From NCBI GenBank assembly GCA_043228905.1, contig JBHGNT010000009.1, positions 3,410,001 through 3,474,000 on the forward strand: DNA of 64,000 bases, written 5' to 3'. Positions 62,201-64,000 of this stretch are shown piece after piece (position 1 is the first letter of the stretch; the number at the start of each line of letters is the position of its first letter). This DNA comes from Azolla caroliniana. Lineage: Eukaryota; Plantae; Polypodiophyta. The notes below the pieces were generated by a model that did not search any database, was not told the DNA's origin, and saw nothing but the letters and a program-made list of their open reading frames with translations. The position numbers and the translations under genes are program-made.

Positions 62201-62281
62201 ATCTGGGAGGGAACCGAGCAGGAGTTGTGCTAGTACCTCATCGGCAAGAGGTACTTCCAATGATGTTGCCTGGTGGATCAG

Positions 62282-63048
62282 TGTTGGGAGATAGGTCCCT
62301 TCGGATGGGAAGGAAGAAGAACAGTGCCGGCCGAGGCCGATAGGCCGAGGCCAAAACGGTATGAGGAGTACCTGGCTACGAAGAGCCGGATGATACAGAC
62401 CCGGTGTGAACCGGATGAGGAGTACCCGGCTACGGAGAGCCGGATGGTGCAGGCCCGGTATGAACCGGATGAGGAGTACCCGGCTACGGAGAGCCGGATG
62501 GTGCAGGCCCGGTGTGAACCGGATGAGGAGTACCCGGCTACGGAGAGCCGGATGGTGCAGACCCGGTATGAACCGGAGGAAGAGACATATTCGTAAATAT
62601 GTTTCTGAGAGCTCATTGTGGCTATATTTGTAAATAACCGAAAAGTCATATTAGTATAAATATGACTTAGGGCAAACTAATATGTGTGGTTGTTATTTTT
62701 TCTTGTTGGTGCAAGAAGAAGAGAGAGCACGTAACAGTGTATAGAGAGAGAGTGAGAGAAAGAGGTCGTTGCCTCTGCTGTAACCGCCGCCTGTGGCGAA
62801 GAACGTGAGTCCGAGGTTGTTGCCTCTGAGAACTCACTGTTTTGTACATTCATACATAGTGATAGTTTGCAGCCTGTGGGCTGCCGTGGTTTTTCCCCCT
62901 AGTTTGGGGTTTTCCACGTAAATCTCATGTGTAGTGTGTGTGTATCTTCCTCTCCTTTGTATCGTGTTTTATTTCCCGTTTTTCTGTGTAAGTAAAGAAT
63001 CTCGGTTGTGGCCGAGCGTCGGACATAAGGAACGTTGGGTTCTCGTCA
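62282..63048 (+). mobile_element. Solo LTR (767 bp) of a Copia-B-related family, inserted antiparallel in Copia B gag; contains a 54-bp tandem repeat (~4 copies, 62362-62580)
   Basis: TG...TCTCGTCA; TSD ATCAG at 62277-62281 and 63049-63053; shares GGTCCCT.CGGATGGGA, AAAGTCATATTAGTATAAATATGAC and TCGGTTGTGGCCGA with the Copia B LTR. Confidence 0.92.
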
Positions 63049-64000
63049 ATCAGCCCCTGGAAGGCATTCATGTGCTCTGCCATGCTGGAGCCATCTTGGT
63101 ACCAGAGCCTTACTAGCTTCCGAAATACCGAAACTTGATTAACAACATTTTTGTTCTGAAACATAATGCCGATCTTCTCCCAGAGCTCATGAGCCAAGGC
63201 TCTCTTCATTGAAGTTGTTGTATAGACTCATGTCGATGAAGCACCGTATGTACACCGTTGTCTTCATGTGCATCACCTCCCAAATCGTGGCGTCGATTTT
63301 TTCCGGTCTCTTGTCCCCGAACTGAACTGGCAACCAAAGATCGTTGACCACGAGCATGTCCCTCATCTTTGACTTCCACACTGAGTAGTTGGAGCTGGTG
63401 AGCTTGAACATGCCTCCCAACGAATTGTCCATTTTTTTCTTTGTCGTTTCGCTCCGATACCAATTTGACGAGAAATGTGCAGAATAATCTTCGGCCACAA
63501 CCGAAGCTTAGATCACTTGATGACAATCAAACACAGAAGAAATGGGAATGGAGGTAATTACACAAACAGAAAAAAAAGAGAATGCACAAGATGTTAATGT
63601 GGAAAACCCTGAGAGGGAAAAACCATGGGAGCCCACAGACTCCAAACTATTGCTATGTCAAAAATACAACAGAGAGCACAGAGGCAACGACCTCTTTCCC
63701 TCAATCTTCGCCTGCGACGGTTACAACAGAGACACAATCTCTGTATATCGCTCTCTCTCTCTCTCTCTCTCTTACGCACTGTACAAGAGTTACACCAATA
63801 ACTCTATCTTCTTCTGAGTTTGCCCTAGGTCATATTTATACTAATATGACTTTCGGGCTATTTACAAATATAGCCCTAGTGGGCTCTCTGGAACATATTT
63901 ACATATATGTCCCTTCCATCCAATGAGAGGTTCTCACCGGGTCTGCAACATCCGGTTCTCACCGGGTCTTCCTTGCCGGGTACTCGTCATCCGGTTCTCA

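Larger units (their letters stand above)
57528..64000 (-). mobile_element. Ty1/Copia element B, decayed; 5' LTR runs off the window
   Basis: 3' LTR 57528-58188 with PPT GAAGGGGGAA; 5' LTR from 63466; PBS TGGTATCGGAGC at 63451-63462; gag CFYCGKPGH, integrase LVHTDVC, RT LLLYVDDML, RNase H KHIQRRYHW; stops and frameshifts. Confidence 0.93.

Noticed and set aside
62273-62649. Repeat-protein ORFs (EPDEEYPATESRMVQ)n
   Set aside because: 54-bp LTR tandem repeat that is open in several frames on both strands.

Overview
Eukaryotic land-plant nuclear DNA, probably a fern or other non-seed plant. That assignment is an inference from the PLS-PPR style and a Tcn1-type chromovirus. Four host genes are present: a PLS/E-class PPR protein (-), a divergent intronless BCS1-like AAA-ATPase (+), a two-exon S40/DUF584 senescence regulator (-) with an ABRE-rich promoter, and an eight-exon PMT/DUF248 methyltransferase (-). 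The rest is nested transposons. Nest 1 (18.4-30 kb) is a decayed LINE interrupted by (i) a 3.2-kb non-coding TIR element and (ii) a deleted chromovirus that carries a solo LTR. The TIR element has a 4-bp TSD and is built as nested fold-backs, with tRNA-like heads and an array of a 33-bp palindrome. Nest 2 (44.8-64 kb) is LINE < LTR element < Copia A < an intact, very young chromovirus, plus Copia B with two solo LTRs. The intact chromovirus has a self-complementary PBS (no tRNA match) and a G_UUA_AAC slippery site plus pseudoknot at the gag/pol junction. All coordinates were read by eye; no database searches were run.
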